Shown one piece after another: positions 36,901 to 50,096 of a stretch of DNA of 64,000 nucleotides (position 1 is its first letter; the number at the start of each line of letters is the position of its first letter). This DNA comes from Glycera tridactyla (Eukaryota), in the NCBI GenBank assembly GCA_965644265.1, contig OZ286466.1, positions 22,134,001 to 22,198,000 on the forward strand, written 5' to 3'. The translations under genes and the position numbers were made by a program. The notes beneath the pieces were generated by a model. It searched no databases, was not told the DNA's origin, and saw only the letters and a list, made by a program, of their open reading frames with translations.

Positions 36901-37879
36901 GATACCATCCCATATATGTTGTGTTATGATCGGAATGGCCAGTGTTAATAAACATGAGGAAAAGGTAGAGTCTCCCTGCCAGCCAAAGCTGCCTCAACCC
37001 CAATATATCCAAATGGCTATTATAAGGAAACAGATGAGTTCTTCTCAGGGATATTGACAGCAATGTTCCTATCCCAACACATAGTCCTTCGATTGTTGAT
37101 TCAGTCAACTTTTCCTTTTTATTTGGCACTCAAATTGTAAGCACATTATCACAAAAAGCAGCACACTACCACCCAACGCAATTCAGTGAGTGAGGCCCCA
37201 GGCTCCTTGATCACCTCTGAAGATCTCGAGCAGTGAAAAGCCTATTCATAATACAAAGGATCCCTTCCGAAAATCGTAAGCAGCAATGAGAAAGCAGAAT
37301 GAAATAGAACAAGTCATTTATAACACAGAGGCATGCGCATTTGCAGTGGATTGAAATCTGGTGGCAACGCATTTAAAACCCTCAGGCCCATGTGTCATGG
37401 CAAATTGCCCATCGATAGAAGGCAGCTGACCACTCGACTTGAGTTCGAAATGCTGCAGCAGAAAAACTCTAAAGATGAATAGCTCCATTCTGGCTAGCTG
37501 CTCGCCCAGGCAGACACGGCGTCCTGTAAACACAGATGGGCAAGATAGGTATGATTCGCTGGCAAAATGATGAATGGATCGCCGTACCGATGAACCAGCC
37601 ATCATGCTGATAGTTGGATGGAAGAATGCAGGTGGGAAGGGAAACGATGGCTCAATGGAGTTGGCAGTTGGTACAAGGATAAGAGCACGTTCGCAGGTGC
37701 AAAGTGAAGATGTCAGATCGAATTTGACCAGTATGTTTTCAATATAGTGGAGGCATGAAGCTTGTGATGATTAAATAGAGTATACAAAAATCTTTCTCAT
37801 GAACCCAAGTGCAGAATTATTCCCAATATCAGTAGATATATCAATGTGATGTCATGCTTCTATGAATGAGATGCTGATC

Positions 37880-37885
37880 ATTATT

Positions 37886-37953
<68 letters not shown>

Positions 37954-37955
37954 TC
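37880..37955. repeat. (ATC)n microsatellite
   Basis: Long near-pure ATC run in a CYP intron; similar runs at 44925-44990, 59595-59675, 61925-61957 and 62780-62815. Confidence 0.9.
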
Positions 37956-38443
37956 ATTATCCTAGCCCCTCTCCTCCTCCTTCCCCATGCCGGAATCCCC
38001 ACCCTGTCAACTTTCTCATCCCATGCTATGTCTGCCCTGTTCGCCCTCTAGCCCCAGCCTTCAATATTCATTTCCAACTCACCAACTGAGAAAGGTATGA
38101 AGGATTCATGATTGATTGGTTTTCCCTTAGCATCAATCCATCTTTCTGGTGAGAATTTCTCAGGTTTATCCCAGACAGTCGGGTCCATGAGGACGCTGTA
38201 GAGATTCACAATGACCTGTGTTCCTTTCGGGATAACATAGCCACCCATTTCAACATCTACTGACGCCGCATGTGGCAGCACATGTGGTGCTGCATCAACA
38301 AAAAATGTCATATCATTCAGGATTTTAAGATGCAGCAAGGGTCCAGCAAAGTGGGGCTATGTAAACATGAAATTAAGTCACTGCTATATCATTGGCGTGA
38401 AATAAATTTGGGCACCATCCAAAAATGTGGGAGTATGAAATAT

Positions 38444-38504
<61 letters not shown>

Positions 38505-38512
38505 AACAAACA
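38444..38512. repeat. (CA)n microsatellite
   Basis: Pure CA run followed by (AAAC)n. Confidence 0.9.
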
Positions 38513-39269
38513 AGCGTACACTATCACCACCACCACGACCCCTGCAGTCACCACCGCTGTAACCACCACCACTATCTCCAAAACCCCCACCACCATAACC
38601 GAACTGATGTAGAGACAAGGGGTATTCCATACCCTTGACGTTGCTAGCTACAGTAAATATTCAATGCTGGGGGCCAGGGAATACCTTCATGGGTTCGCTG
38701 CTCTTCTACGAATATCACCAAGAATAGAATAGATATAAGACATGAGGATGATCGAATTGCATGGTCAAAATAGACATTAAATATGTGCTTGTATCGAATA
38801 TTTTCGTTTATAATACATATTGCATAATACAGACCAATCTCGTAATAGTGTAATAGCCGGTGGACCATATTGGAGAAGATTCACAACCTGTGAAATGCGC
38901 TCAGTTATCATTCAATTGGTCCCGAATTCATCAGAAAATATAATTATATTAGACCCAGAGATCGTAGCAGTAACTATGTAGTTAGCAATCGAATATGCAT
39001 CACCGAGAAAGATCTTTGTATTGCAATATGTTGAGAGACAGGAAGAGGATGACTATTCACCGATGGTGGTGATGCGCAGTAATTCCTTCAGTGTTGCATC
39101 AACATAAACAAACGATGCGCGATCCTTGGATTCCGGTGGTCGGGATGTACCAATAACCTTTATCAATACCAAAAGACTGTTGATTATACCAAAAACTATT
39201 GATCATCATCATTATCATCATCATCATCATCTTCATTATCATCATCATCGTCTCAAACTCCCCCTGAAC

Positions 39270-41460
39270 CCAGGCCTATCACCAATAGGAAACCCCATGT
39301 CCATGTTCCTCCCAGACTTCCAGTCATTTCTTGCAGGTCGGATCATCTCTCCGGCCATCCCATCATCACAGGGAATTTCAATTTCCATCTGGCTCAAGAA
39401 ACTTTACTTAACATGTACATGGAGCTTCTCACGCCTCTGGCCACATCAACAGAAGTGATGATCCCATCATATCTTGAAAGACCATCACTAACCCCACATC
39501 TCAGAACACAAAGCAGTTGTGTTGAACTGGCAATAAACAAACCCTCCCCTACCACAAACAAGATAAAGTATAGGAGTTTCTCAGAGATTGACGTGACTGC
39601 TTTTAATAAAACCATCATTGAATCTGACCTCATTTGTTCACCGATCACCACAGCTTCTGATCTAGTGTCCCAGTACAAGAGCATTCTATCGTTGCTAATA
39701 AACAAACATGCCCTTTTAAAAAGAAAAACTGTCATTGACAGACCTGAATCCATATGGTAACCTAAGTGAACTGAGGGCCATGAAATGCGACCTCGGAAGA
39801 TCTGAATGCTGAAATTCACAAAACCGAATCCCAGAAATATAACAAATATTCAATTGCAACAAAGACCAAGCAATGACCTGGTCCATGAGTGAGCCTATGA
39901 CCAAAGCGCACTCTTCAAACTTGTGAACAAGCTTCTTCACCACACATCTGCCATGCCTCTCCCTTCCAACATATGTCTTAAAACTTTGGCTGAAGTATTT
40001 CCGATCCTTTCATCAACAAAATCGTCAAAATCCACAATTACATAAACCAAGTTGAAAATTCTGAGCGTTATCATTCAAACTTCTCTCCCGACCTGACATC
40101 TCATATCAAGTTTTCCTCCTTCACACCCCATTCTTGCTAGTCTTTTCAAAATGTCCTACCCACAACTCTGTCACACACACACACACACACAACTAATCAA
40201 TGCATCACTAGATGAAGGTGCCGTGGCAAACCAATGAAGTGAAGCCATGCTCAGCCCCATACTAAAGAGGGCCAAACAAAACCCTAACAATTTCAATTAC
40301 TACTGCCCTATCTCCAATCTCCCCTATGTATCTGAGCTGATACAGGGAATTATTGCCTCTCAAAAATGTCACATCTGTCCAATAACTCTCTCACTGACAC
40401 CTATCAATCAGCATATTGCAAGCATCACTTAACCCAGACAGCTATTGTATATGTCCTCGATGACATCCTCATGGCCTTAGATGGCTAAAGGTCAATCTGC
40501 CTTGTTTTGCTGGATCTGTTTACAGTATTTGACACTGTCGATCACACCTTCCTTCTAAATAGACTAACAAACAGGATTGGCATCAATGGCTCTGTCCTCA
40601 ACTCGTTTCACTTCTACCTCCTATCTAGATGTCACTATGTATCTCTCTGGCTTTAGATGACCCAATGAGAGACTGACCTGTGGTGTCACTCAAGGCTCTG
40701 TCCTTGGCCCTAAATACTTCACAAGCTATGCCGCCCCCCCCCCCATGGGTGACATTGTTCATAGACACAATCCCAACTTCCATCTGACAGGATGATAGGA
40801 AGCTCTATCTGACTCTTGATAGCCATGAATTCATCAAATAATCAACTGCAATAGACACTTGGATGCAGCATTGTTGAAATGAGGTCTTGGAAGCTAACAA
40901 ATAAACTCAAACTTAATGACATAAAGACTGAGATTCTTCTCTTCACCAACCGCAGCAATCTGAAATAAACATCCATCCAAAAGATTCAAATTGAGGAGGG
41001 TATCCTCAGCTCTGGCAGCTCTGCCGAAAACCTAGGTCCACATGTCACTGCTATTCGCAAGTCTGCATTCTTTCAGTTATACGAAATCAGCTGCATCTGA
41101 ATATGCTTAACAGCAGATGCAACAAATATCCTCACCCACTCACTAATCTCCTCCAAATAGTAATAGTTCACTCAACAGCCTACTTAAGACCCACATTAGT
41201 TGACTACAGCATGCAGTCACCACCAACACATCACTCCTATCTTGAAAAAGCTTTCCTGGCCCGCTATAGAAAATTGGATCACTTTTGAAATCACTTTTGA
41301 CCTACAAGGCTCTCGATGGCATGGCACCAAACTACCTGTGACAATTGACCCTGATCCTCTCCCGCTCTCTCAGCTGTTCTGACAAACACGTTCTAAGCAT
41401 CCCCGAAACGTACTATCAAAAACTTGGGAACTGTGCATTTGCCCATGCTGCCCCATTTAC
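39270..41460 (+). mobile_element. Decayed L2-clade LINE fragment inside a CYP intron (antisense to host)
   Basis: Broken frames read KIKYRSFSEIDVTAF, PILKRAKQNPNNFNYYCPISNLPYVS, LVLLDLFTVFDTVDHTFLLNRL, GVTQGSVLGP, NKLKLNDIKTEILL; many stops and indels. Confidence 0.85.
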
Positions 41461-41910
41461 CCTAAGTTTACCCTAACATGATATGGCTGAGTATCATATC
41501 AGAGGTAAATGGCATATTCAAGGGAGATCATTGCTTTTGTTGATAATGATTTGAAAACGACTGCAGCTGTTGGATGTAAAATTATGATTTCCCTAGAATG
41601 AAATTATCATCCACGGTATATCATTGGAATGAACAAATTGAATCATCTGATTTCTCCTTGTGGGTTTGAACCTTGATAATTTCCACATTTTATCATTTAT
41701 ATGTGATAAATGATGGGTATGAGCCACCTCACTACAGGGCTTAGGCCCGTCATGCAATTTCATGCCCACAACAAATGGGTGTTTTGATTTGGAAGTGGGC
41801 TCACATCATGTATTTCTTGGCGACACTTGCGCTGAACCTCCGGATAATGAATCATATAGATGATCAGCCATTGGAGAGATGCAGATGTTGTCTCAGTGCC
41901 AGCGACGAAC

Positions 41911-42580
41911 AGGTCCATGATAATTCTCAATGCATCATGCTCTACAAAAAGGGTCCATGATGATGGACAATTCATCATGCTCTACACCAGTGGTCCATAA
42001 TAATCGACAATGCATAGTATAATGAATCCCAGATTCACTGGCAATGAAGTAGATTGTCCAGCCATTAAACATAGGTTAAGATGGGTGGTTGCTTTATGAT
42101 AATCAGCAGGATAAATTCACATGGAGCATCATGCATATGTATAAATAAATAAATAAATAAATAAATGAATAAATAAATAAATAAATAAAATATATATATA
42201 TAGACAGGATCAAACTGGTAGCTTTTCCTGGTGCGTCACTTATTGGGGGGTCAATGCGTCAATTCTATATGGACATATCCATTTACATGGTATTGGTCAA
42301 AGTATGATTTTAGTGATAATTAGTATCTTTATGATGGGGAATCGTCCATGATAATCGATAGTGCAGTAGTCCATGCATGATAACTAGTGATGCATCATGC
42401 CCCATACCTCCCGATATTAGTTGATTATCAAGGACTCTCGTTGCACAGCATGGGACACTTTTCAATTACGAGGATATTACTAATCATTGACAATGCTTCA
42501 TGCTCTAAAGAAATGGTCCATGTGTCAGCTCTGCGATAAGAGTTTATGATGATGGAAAGTGTGCCATGCTCTACAACATG
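41911..42580. repeat. About 40-bp degenerate repeat homologous to the CYP exon 5 acceptor region
   Basis: GGTCCATGATAATNNNCAATGCATCATGCTCTAC at 41912 (exon/intron boundary), 41952 and 41992, with weaker copies near 42345, 42480 and 42545. Confidence 0.7.
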
Positions 42581-44931
42581 ATTGTGCATCTATATGATCA
42601 CAAATCTGTCAGATCTAAGTTCATCCATGTTTTTTATCTAATATGAATGCGGGTATGATGGAAAGTTGGACAAACCAATGTTTACGTTTGTGCTTAGAGC
42701 CCAATCTGCTCAGTGCTTGTACTGCACATACCGGCAAGTTTCCCAGTCTTCTCTGATTGTATGTACAGGTCGAGAAAGTCTCTTATTTTGCCGGAGTGGT
42801 AGGTCTGACGATGTTCCTTGATTTTGCTATAGATGTAGCTCTCAACGAAAAGAAGGTACTTGAGCGATGGGTCACCAATGAAAGGTATAACATTCTGCAA
42901 TAGATCGATGCATATCTACTATCTATCTATCTATCTATTGATCAATCGATGAATCAATCCATATATACACATCCAATCCATATACCTATCTATCAATTGG
43001 CTCAATATTCATGTCCATTGAGCAGTGCTCCTTTCCCTAGATCAGTCGGTCAAATACATGGAGGTTCAAAGATCAGCTCCACCGCGAAATTGAGATAGCT
43101 TTAAAAATATATACATATTATGTGGACTGTGTTCCTCTAACCTTTGACCGAGTTACTGATTTGATTCAATCCTTTTTAGTACTGGTGTGAATTTAAGGAA
43201 TTGCAGCTCATACCGATAACAAGTTGAAGGGGAGTAACGCAGGAATGAAGTTGGCCAACGCTAAAGTATTGTTATTCTGGAACAGTGGACGCAATCCTTT
43301 GATCAGTCTCTGGAACTTTGCGTCGTCATATGAAAATCTGAAAAGTTCACATATAATCTTTGCAAAGATATTGACTATACTTCAATCATGTCAATGATAG
43401 AAGTGATAGAAGTCGTCAACATGGCTTGCATTAACCTTTTCATTCAGTGCCTTTCAAGTAGATGTAGTTAAACTTTCAACTGAACTCCGACCTATTCTCA
43501 CCACCCTCCTTTATAGGTTATAGGATAAATCATGGTCACCAGTGGTTCAGATTTTAGCATCACTTTGGTCTACATCCATTCATAAGGTGCATGAGTCAGT
43601 CTCAGCAGTGCCGTGTTTAGCGATGGGTTGATCCATCAGGATACAAGGCAATCAGACATTACATCTGGTGTTATCCAACAAGTATTGATGGCTCATATTC
43701 CCATCCTTGAACAGCCCCCTGGTGAGGACATCCATGTTGCTATGGAAATGAACATTCTACCATGCCATATTGGTTCATATTCACTGCCAATATCACCATC
43801 ATCACCACCACCAACGTTTCTGTGAATTTTATTGGTTTTCACATTCTGTTTGTGGCCCAGAAGAAGGAGTCTTGGAAGATCCCACCCATGCCCATTGGCA
43901 TCACAATATAGCCCAGATGGTGCTGACGTGACGTTGAACCAGAACCAACCAACCACCACCAACACTGCAACAACCACCAACACCACCACTAACACCACCA
44001 AGATTTTCGAGACTGTTTCATGCTCAGACATTTACCTTTGACCAAAGACTACAGAACAGATTGTGTTTGCAGCGGACTTTTGCAGCAAAAGTTGAGGGTC
44101 AAATGACTTGCCCTTCTCGTCATCAATGGCTTCCACCAGAGCTACAGCTACCTCCTGACAACGCGTTTCCAATGAGGACCGACCAAGGCCAAAATCCTTC
44201 AATGCTACCAAGGTGAACTTGCGTGCTTGCTTCCAGTCGTGTGCATTGAAAGCGATACCTGTAGTGGATAACATGTACATGACCCATCTAATCTACATGA
44301 TAATATGAGTCTTATGGGCTGTTCTCCATCACCTGTGATTACTGAGGATTCACAATTAATCACAGCATCTTCATCACCATCATCATCATCACCATCAACT
44401 CAGCTCACCAACATCTCGATCCTGCCCTACCTGTGTGAAGATCTTACCAATAAATCAATAAATTGTTATGGTGGATAATCATCTGTTGCATCAAGAAATA
44501 TGAGCTGTATCTCACCTGCACCTCTGCTGAGAAAATTCATCAAATAAAGGTTATCTGGTCTGTCACTGAAGAAGTCTGCCTTTGTGATGAGTGCCTCGTG
44601 TATGAGCTTTGCCCCACTCAGCACAACCACTGGCCGACTCCCATAGCAGACGCAGAAGATATTTCCATATTTCTGTGTCTGCCACCTTGAGATGATATTT
44701 CTTGTTCGCTTGGGCTCCCCACAGGATGCCGAAGACAGGCCAGCATGATGGGCCAGGTGGAAGATTCTTGTATGAGCGCCCTGACAGCAGCCATGCTGTG
44801 ATGAGGAAAACCACCATGAAAACTAGAACGGTTGATAGGTCGATCATCATGTACTTGCGAAAAGTGATCCTCAAACCCTGAAATTCAAGATTTCATCTTT
44901 TATTTGCTGGGAATTCATCAACCTCATCATT

Positions 44932-44990
<59 letters not shown>

Positions 44991-46555
44991 ATGACTGTCT
45001 ATCTCTCCGTGTCTNNNNNNNNNNNNNNNNNNNNNNNNNNNNNNNNNNNNNNNNNNNNNNNNNNNNNNNNNNNNNNNNNNNNNNNNNNNNNNNNNNNNNN
45101 NNNNNNNNNNNNNNNNNNNNNNNNNNNNNNNNNNNNNNNNNNNNNNNNNNNNNNNNNNNNNNNNNNNNNNNNNNNNNNNNNNNNNNNNNNNNNNNNNNNN
45201 NNNNNNNNNNNNNNNNNNNNNNNNNNNNNNATGATGAATACAGACCCAGAAGAATCTTAACTTGTTTGCTGATCCTGGACAAACGATCTTGCAGAAACTC
45301 CTACCTCTTCCTGGTGTGCCCTCTGCTTCACTGCGCCTGGCAGTCTACCAACATTATGGATAGTGGAGTAGACAAGTGAAAAAATATGTTGTGAAAAAGG
45401 CTATTGCCTCACTGAGACTCACCAAACCATGAAAATGAGGACGAGACCCGCCATACTTTGATTTGATGCTAAAATCGTCATGGCGCAGCAACCGCGCACA
45501 AAAGAAAGAAAATAGTAGAGAAAAATGTAAACGTAGCTGCTCAGCAAAGCTCAGCTGCTAACTAGGTGACCTAGTACGGCTAAGCAAGGTCAGAAAGGTT
45601 CGACTGTCAGGGCAGACAGTTTTGAATTTAACCTACGCCTAACCGGTGCAGGGTGGTTGCTATCCTATTATAACGAGGTATCTCACACTTATTCCTTAGA
45701 CATTTATATGTTCTGCTAGTAATAATGCTAACAGGAAAACCTGATTAAAGGAATTCAGTGACCAGAACAGATACCAGAATGTTGCGATGTATTGTGATAC
45801 TAGTTGACCAGCTATTGACATGATAATATCATGATAGTGTCACAAAATAGATGTATCAGTGTTGTCTTAAAGTGCGATTGGGACTACACAGCTAGCTACC
45901 TTCGTGATACCTTAAAAGTGGAAACACTCCAAATTACCCGAAGATATGATATTAACCTCGAAGTCTTCTGGGCTGGGGCACGCACTTGAGGAGATACTAA
46001 ATCAAGCGAAGGGAATGTCCTAGATGTCCCGAAAGCTTGGTTACATTGTTGTGGTGGCAATCTGACAGTTCGTGGTATAAAATACTGGAATTATTCAAGT
46101 GATTCGATCCGCAACTGTGACACGTTGGCAGGTCTCAAAAAGTGCCCACGTCCGAAGAGTTCCGTTATCTCTGGAGTGGAGTGATTATGGGTACCTCGGG
46201 TGCCCAGTAATCTCTTGGAGCTGATGTCTGTAGCGCCTGAGTTGCGGTCTCACCTCTGAGACTGTCAGTCATGAACGGGTCCCAGCTGACCCTGCGCCCT
46301 CTCGAGACTATACTGTCATACTTGTACACTACACGGCTTTATCATGGCCTTATTCGACTGGTCGGTAGGCTTGTTGAGTACGTTTTGTATTCGGGTGGTG
46401 CTTGAAGCTTTTCATTGCGTAAGAACTCAACGGTCATTTGACTACGTTGAACTCGTACGACCGTTAAGTACATTTCCATCAACACACACACAAGGAAACC
46501 GACCAGTAGAATAGGCCTAATGTAATAGGAGGTCTTGATCCTCATCTTGAACTTA

Positions 46556-47417
46556 CTCAGATAGCATGCCGACGTCCATTGGACGTCCTATGGACGTCGA
46601 CGTTACGTCTAGAGAACGTCCACTCCCGACGTCCATTGGACGTCATTTTGACTCGAGGAAAGACGTCCACTGGACGTCCGTTTTTGGTCCAATGGACGAG
46701 TGCTCAGTTTTCTGATCCTACTGCGCCGATGGGGAGTGGTACTGTAGACGTCCAATGGACGTCTTGTGGACGTCCATGAAAGAGGTCCAATGGACGTCTG
46801 GTGGACGTCATTCAAAGGTCTGTAGGACGTCATCCTTGGCCGCTGTTCGAACATCGCCGTTTGCCGGCCTTAGTATAAAGGATGTTTTGGATTCTGAGAT
46901 AGGCTTTGAATAAATTTCCACAGATTTGCACAAAGTTGCACAAAATTCAAATGGTATATACATGCTAATGAGATCAAAAATTCAAAAACATCATTCGCCA
47001 GACTGACATAATAGTTTGATTCACATATATTTATTGACGGCTTATCAAATATCATTTTTGTGACTACTTTTTGTGACTTCAGCTGGACGTCCATTGGACG
47101 TCTGATGGACGTCCATCAGACGTCTATAGGGCGTCCAATGGACGTCCATTGCACGTCTGTTTTGGACGTCCATTGCACGTCCGTTGGACGTCCAAACTCA
47201 CGTCGATTTATGGACGTCCTCTGGATGTCTATTAGACGTCTAAATTATGACCATCGATACTGTTTGGACCATTGCAATCTTCCCGACGTCCATTGGACGT
47301 CCAATGGACGTACAAAATTCGACGCCGTTTTTCTGACGTCCAGTGAAGGTCCAAATTCGGACCTCCGACGATTCCGATGTCCTAGGACGTCCAATGGACG
47401 TCGGCGTGCTATCTGGG
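46556..47417. mobile_element. Non-autonomous DNA transposon/MITE rich in GGACGTCC palindromes, TA target duplication
   Basis: TIRs of at least 35 bp: TA|CTCAGATAGCATGCCGACGTCCATTGGACGTCCTA on the left versus the reverse complement of ...GGACGTCGGCGTGCTATCTGGG|TA on the right; dozens of internal GACGTC sites. Confidence 0.85.
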
Positions 47418-47419
47418 TA

Positions 47420-50096
47420 GAGTCCTGTGATACCATCCTTCAGATTATGCGTACCCTTATACTTTATCGACAAGATCGACATTTATTTCATTACACCTCA
47501 TCTTGCATATAAATTGTGCTAAGCAAACTTAGCATTAACAGACAAAGTACTAACAGAACCATCAACCATTTTTATCATCAACTAACTCTTGTCATATGAA
47601 AGAATCTATATTGTTTGATACTGCAAAAGATATTGGGGCATTAAAGGGCATTAAGGCGCCTTTACATAGGGCGGGCGAGGGCAGGCGCCAGTCTGCGACT
47701 TCGCGCGATCTTTTTTTCGACCAAATCCGTGTGAATGCCGCGCGATTCTCACGCGATCCGGGTGGTCCGGGCTGATTTGGCGCCAAGAGGCGGCTTTCCC
47801 GCGCAAACACACGGTGTTCCCGCGCCCGCGCGCGGCTGCATGCGACGACAGGCGACAACGCGCGACTACGCGCGGATTTATGCTGGCGACTTCGCGCGAT
47901 TTCGCGCGACTTCGTGCGACTGCGCGCGGCGGTCCCGCGGCGTTCGCGCGACTTCCCGAGACTGCCCGCGACAACGGGCGACGTTCACACGACTGCGGGC
48001 GATCTGAAGCGGGGGAGGGGTATAAAAAGGCTGGCGTGGCGCGCATCGGCCTCATTCCATTCCAGTCTTTCACTCGGTGTGGACGTGTTTTGCTCTCGCT
48101 GATTTCTCAGTTTGGATTTTACTTTTGGCTATTTCGAAGCTTTCACGAAGCTCTTGAGATGGGACCAAAGAAGAGGAGACATCGCCCTTCAATGCAACCG
48201 CGCGCGGCATCCGTGCGGCAGCCGCGCGACTGCCCGTGACTGCTCGCGACTGCTCGCGCCAACTCGCGACTCCGGGCAAATTAATTCCAGTCGCGCGATC
48301 GTGCGCGAAAGTTTTGAACATTTCAAAACTTCCGCGGCGGCCCCGTAGACACAGGCGACGGCTCGAGACTTCGTGCGACGACGGGCGACTACGCGCGACC
48401 ACGCGCGAATTTCTTTGCGACGACGGGCGGATTTGAGATCGCGCGAAGTCGCGCGTAGTCGCCCGCCCTATGTAAAGGCAGCTTTAAGATTGCATATTTG
48501 AATGTGAGGAGTGTAATCAACAAGTTACATGAGATACATGTTCTACTCTTACAGTCTAATATTGATATTTTAATTTTAGGTGAAACTTTTTTGAACTCCA
48601 GTATTAATGATGAAACCTTTCAGTTGAATGGTTATTATACAATTAGATTTGATCGTACCAATACAAGTGTGCGGAAATCTGGAGGGGGTTTATTGGTTTG
48701 TCTACGATCAAATCGGATTGTAGAGCATGTTGATGAACATTCTATAAGTTGTCCAGACATAGAAGGGATATGGTTAAAATTAATCTTACTTGATACTAGA
48801 CCGATCTTTGTTGTGGGGATATACCGCCCACCACATGGAAACCCATATGTATATATAGAATGGTTAGAAGATAAAATTATATCATTAGGATTAGACAGGA
48901 TCAGTGATCAGTTAGATCTGGGAGAAGTCAATATTGATTTAAATAACAGTAGTGGCTCAAAAAGTTATAGAAGGCTTTGAAATCGAGTAATATGACGCAA
49001 TTAATTACATCGGATACAAGGATCACAAAAGAAACATCAACCCTTATCGATCATATAATAGTTAATAATGTAGCTATGTATCACCAACATGGTATATTAG
49101 ATCTTGGTATATCAGACCATAGTTTGATTGTTACATCTAGGAAAAAAGAATCCCAATCAAGGAAAACTGAATTTGTATATTATAGAGATTATAAAAAAGC
49201 AAACTATAATGGAATAAATGAGGGTATCAGACATTATGAATGGGAGGAGTTTTCCAGATGTGATGACGCTGATAGGTGTACAACTCTATCTCATGAAGCT
49301 ATGAATAATATTTCAGGAAAACATGTACCCATGAAGCGATACAAGGTCAGAGAAAACTGGCCTAGTTGGTTGAATGGAGAATATCTAGACTTGGTCTCTG
49401 ATTGCCAAAAGGCAAGTAAACAGTATAGATTGTGCAAATCCGCTGAAAATTTCCAATTTGAAAAAGACCTAGAGAAACGTTGTAAAAAACTAAAAACTCA
49501 GTTACAACGTCAATTTATTGGCGACTCCTTTGTACAAAATTCAGATAATTCTGAACAATTTTGGGAAACAATAAATCACTTCTGGGGCAGATAAAAATCT
49601 GGAACGAACATCTTACGGATTGCAGATACCACGGGAAATGTAGAAATTGCTGAAAAACTAAACAAATATTTGGGTGAAATTGAAGTGGTATTAAGAGACA
49701 AAATTCCAGATGATGGAACCGACCCATTTGAAGATTTTCCGGTGAACATAAAACATAAACTATCTCTATTTAATACCAATGAGGAAATAGTAAAGAGGTT
49801 TATAGCAAAAATTATCATAAGCAAAGCAGGTTGGGATGACGGGCTACCAGCTCGAGTGATAAAGCAGTCGATGGATGTAATAACTCCGTTATTAGTACAT
49901 CTATTTGATACTAGTATTAGCACAGGTATATTCCCACAATATTGGAAATCAGCTACAATCATTCCCTTGTACAAAGATGGGTCTAGATTGATTGAATCTA
50001 ATTATAGGCCAATCAGCCTATGGAGTACTGTAAGTAAGATATTTGAAAAAATAATCCATCAACAGGTCTCTACTAATTTTGAAGCCCATGGTCTAC
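47420..50096 (+). mobile_element. LINE (CR1/L2-group) 5' part: APE endonuclease to start of RT, decayed, interrupted by a TTAA MITE
   Basis: KGIKIAYLNVRSVINK, DILILGETFL, GYYTIRFDR, GIYRPPHG, STLIDHII, ISDHSLI, FPQYWKSATIIPLYKDG, NYRPISL; frameshifts at about 48978 and 49590. Confidence 0.88.
47655..48483. mobile_element. Kolobok-like non-autonomous element (829 bp, TTAA TSD, purine-purine termini), CpG-rich
   Basis: TTAA at 47651-54 and 48484-87; TIRs GGC-GCCTTTACATAGGGCGGGCGA and AGCTGCCTTTACATAGGGCGGGCGA (reverse complement). The empty site GGGCATTAAGATTGCA is present in the duplicate at about 50705-50720. Superfamily call is inferred from TTAA plus RR termini (piggyBac ends are typically CCY). 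Confidence 0.8.

Larger units (their letters stand above)
33967..39200. repeat. Segmental duplication unit (CYP 3' exons plus downstream flank), paralogous to about 57760-62760
   Basis: Colinear diverged blocks, e.g. 34141-34230 ~ 57901-57990, 34450-34650 ~ 58230-58390, 35950-36130 ~ 58690-58920, 36780-37000 ~ 60270-60530, plus the CYP exons themselves. Confidence 0.8.
37318..44850 (-). pseudogene. Cytochrome P450, CYP2-clan-like, 8 coding exons; frameshift in exon 1 (pseudogene or assembly indel)
   Basis: Exons 44850-44516, 44258-44036, 43337-43214, 42894-42732, 41941-41805, 39157-39061, 38289-38083, 37523-37318. Signal anchor + PPGP, WKQARKF, AGTETT, ELLR, PERW, FSVGRRVCLG. Exon 1 is 335 nt where phase requires 3n+1; the frame breaks near 44677, between YHLKVAD and QKYGNIF. 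Confidence 0.88.

Noticed and set aside
46342-46545. 67-aa minus-strand ORF with a signal-anchor-like hydrophobic stretch
   Set aside because: Short, with no usable splice donor before the stop and no family motif; abuts a MITE end. Insufficient support.
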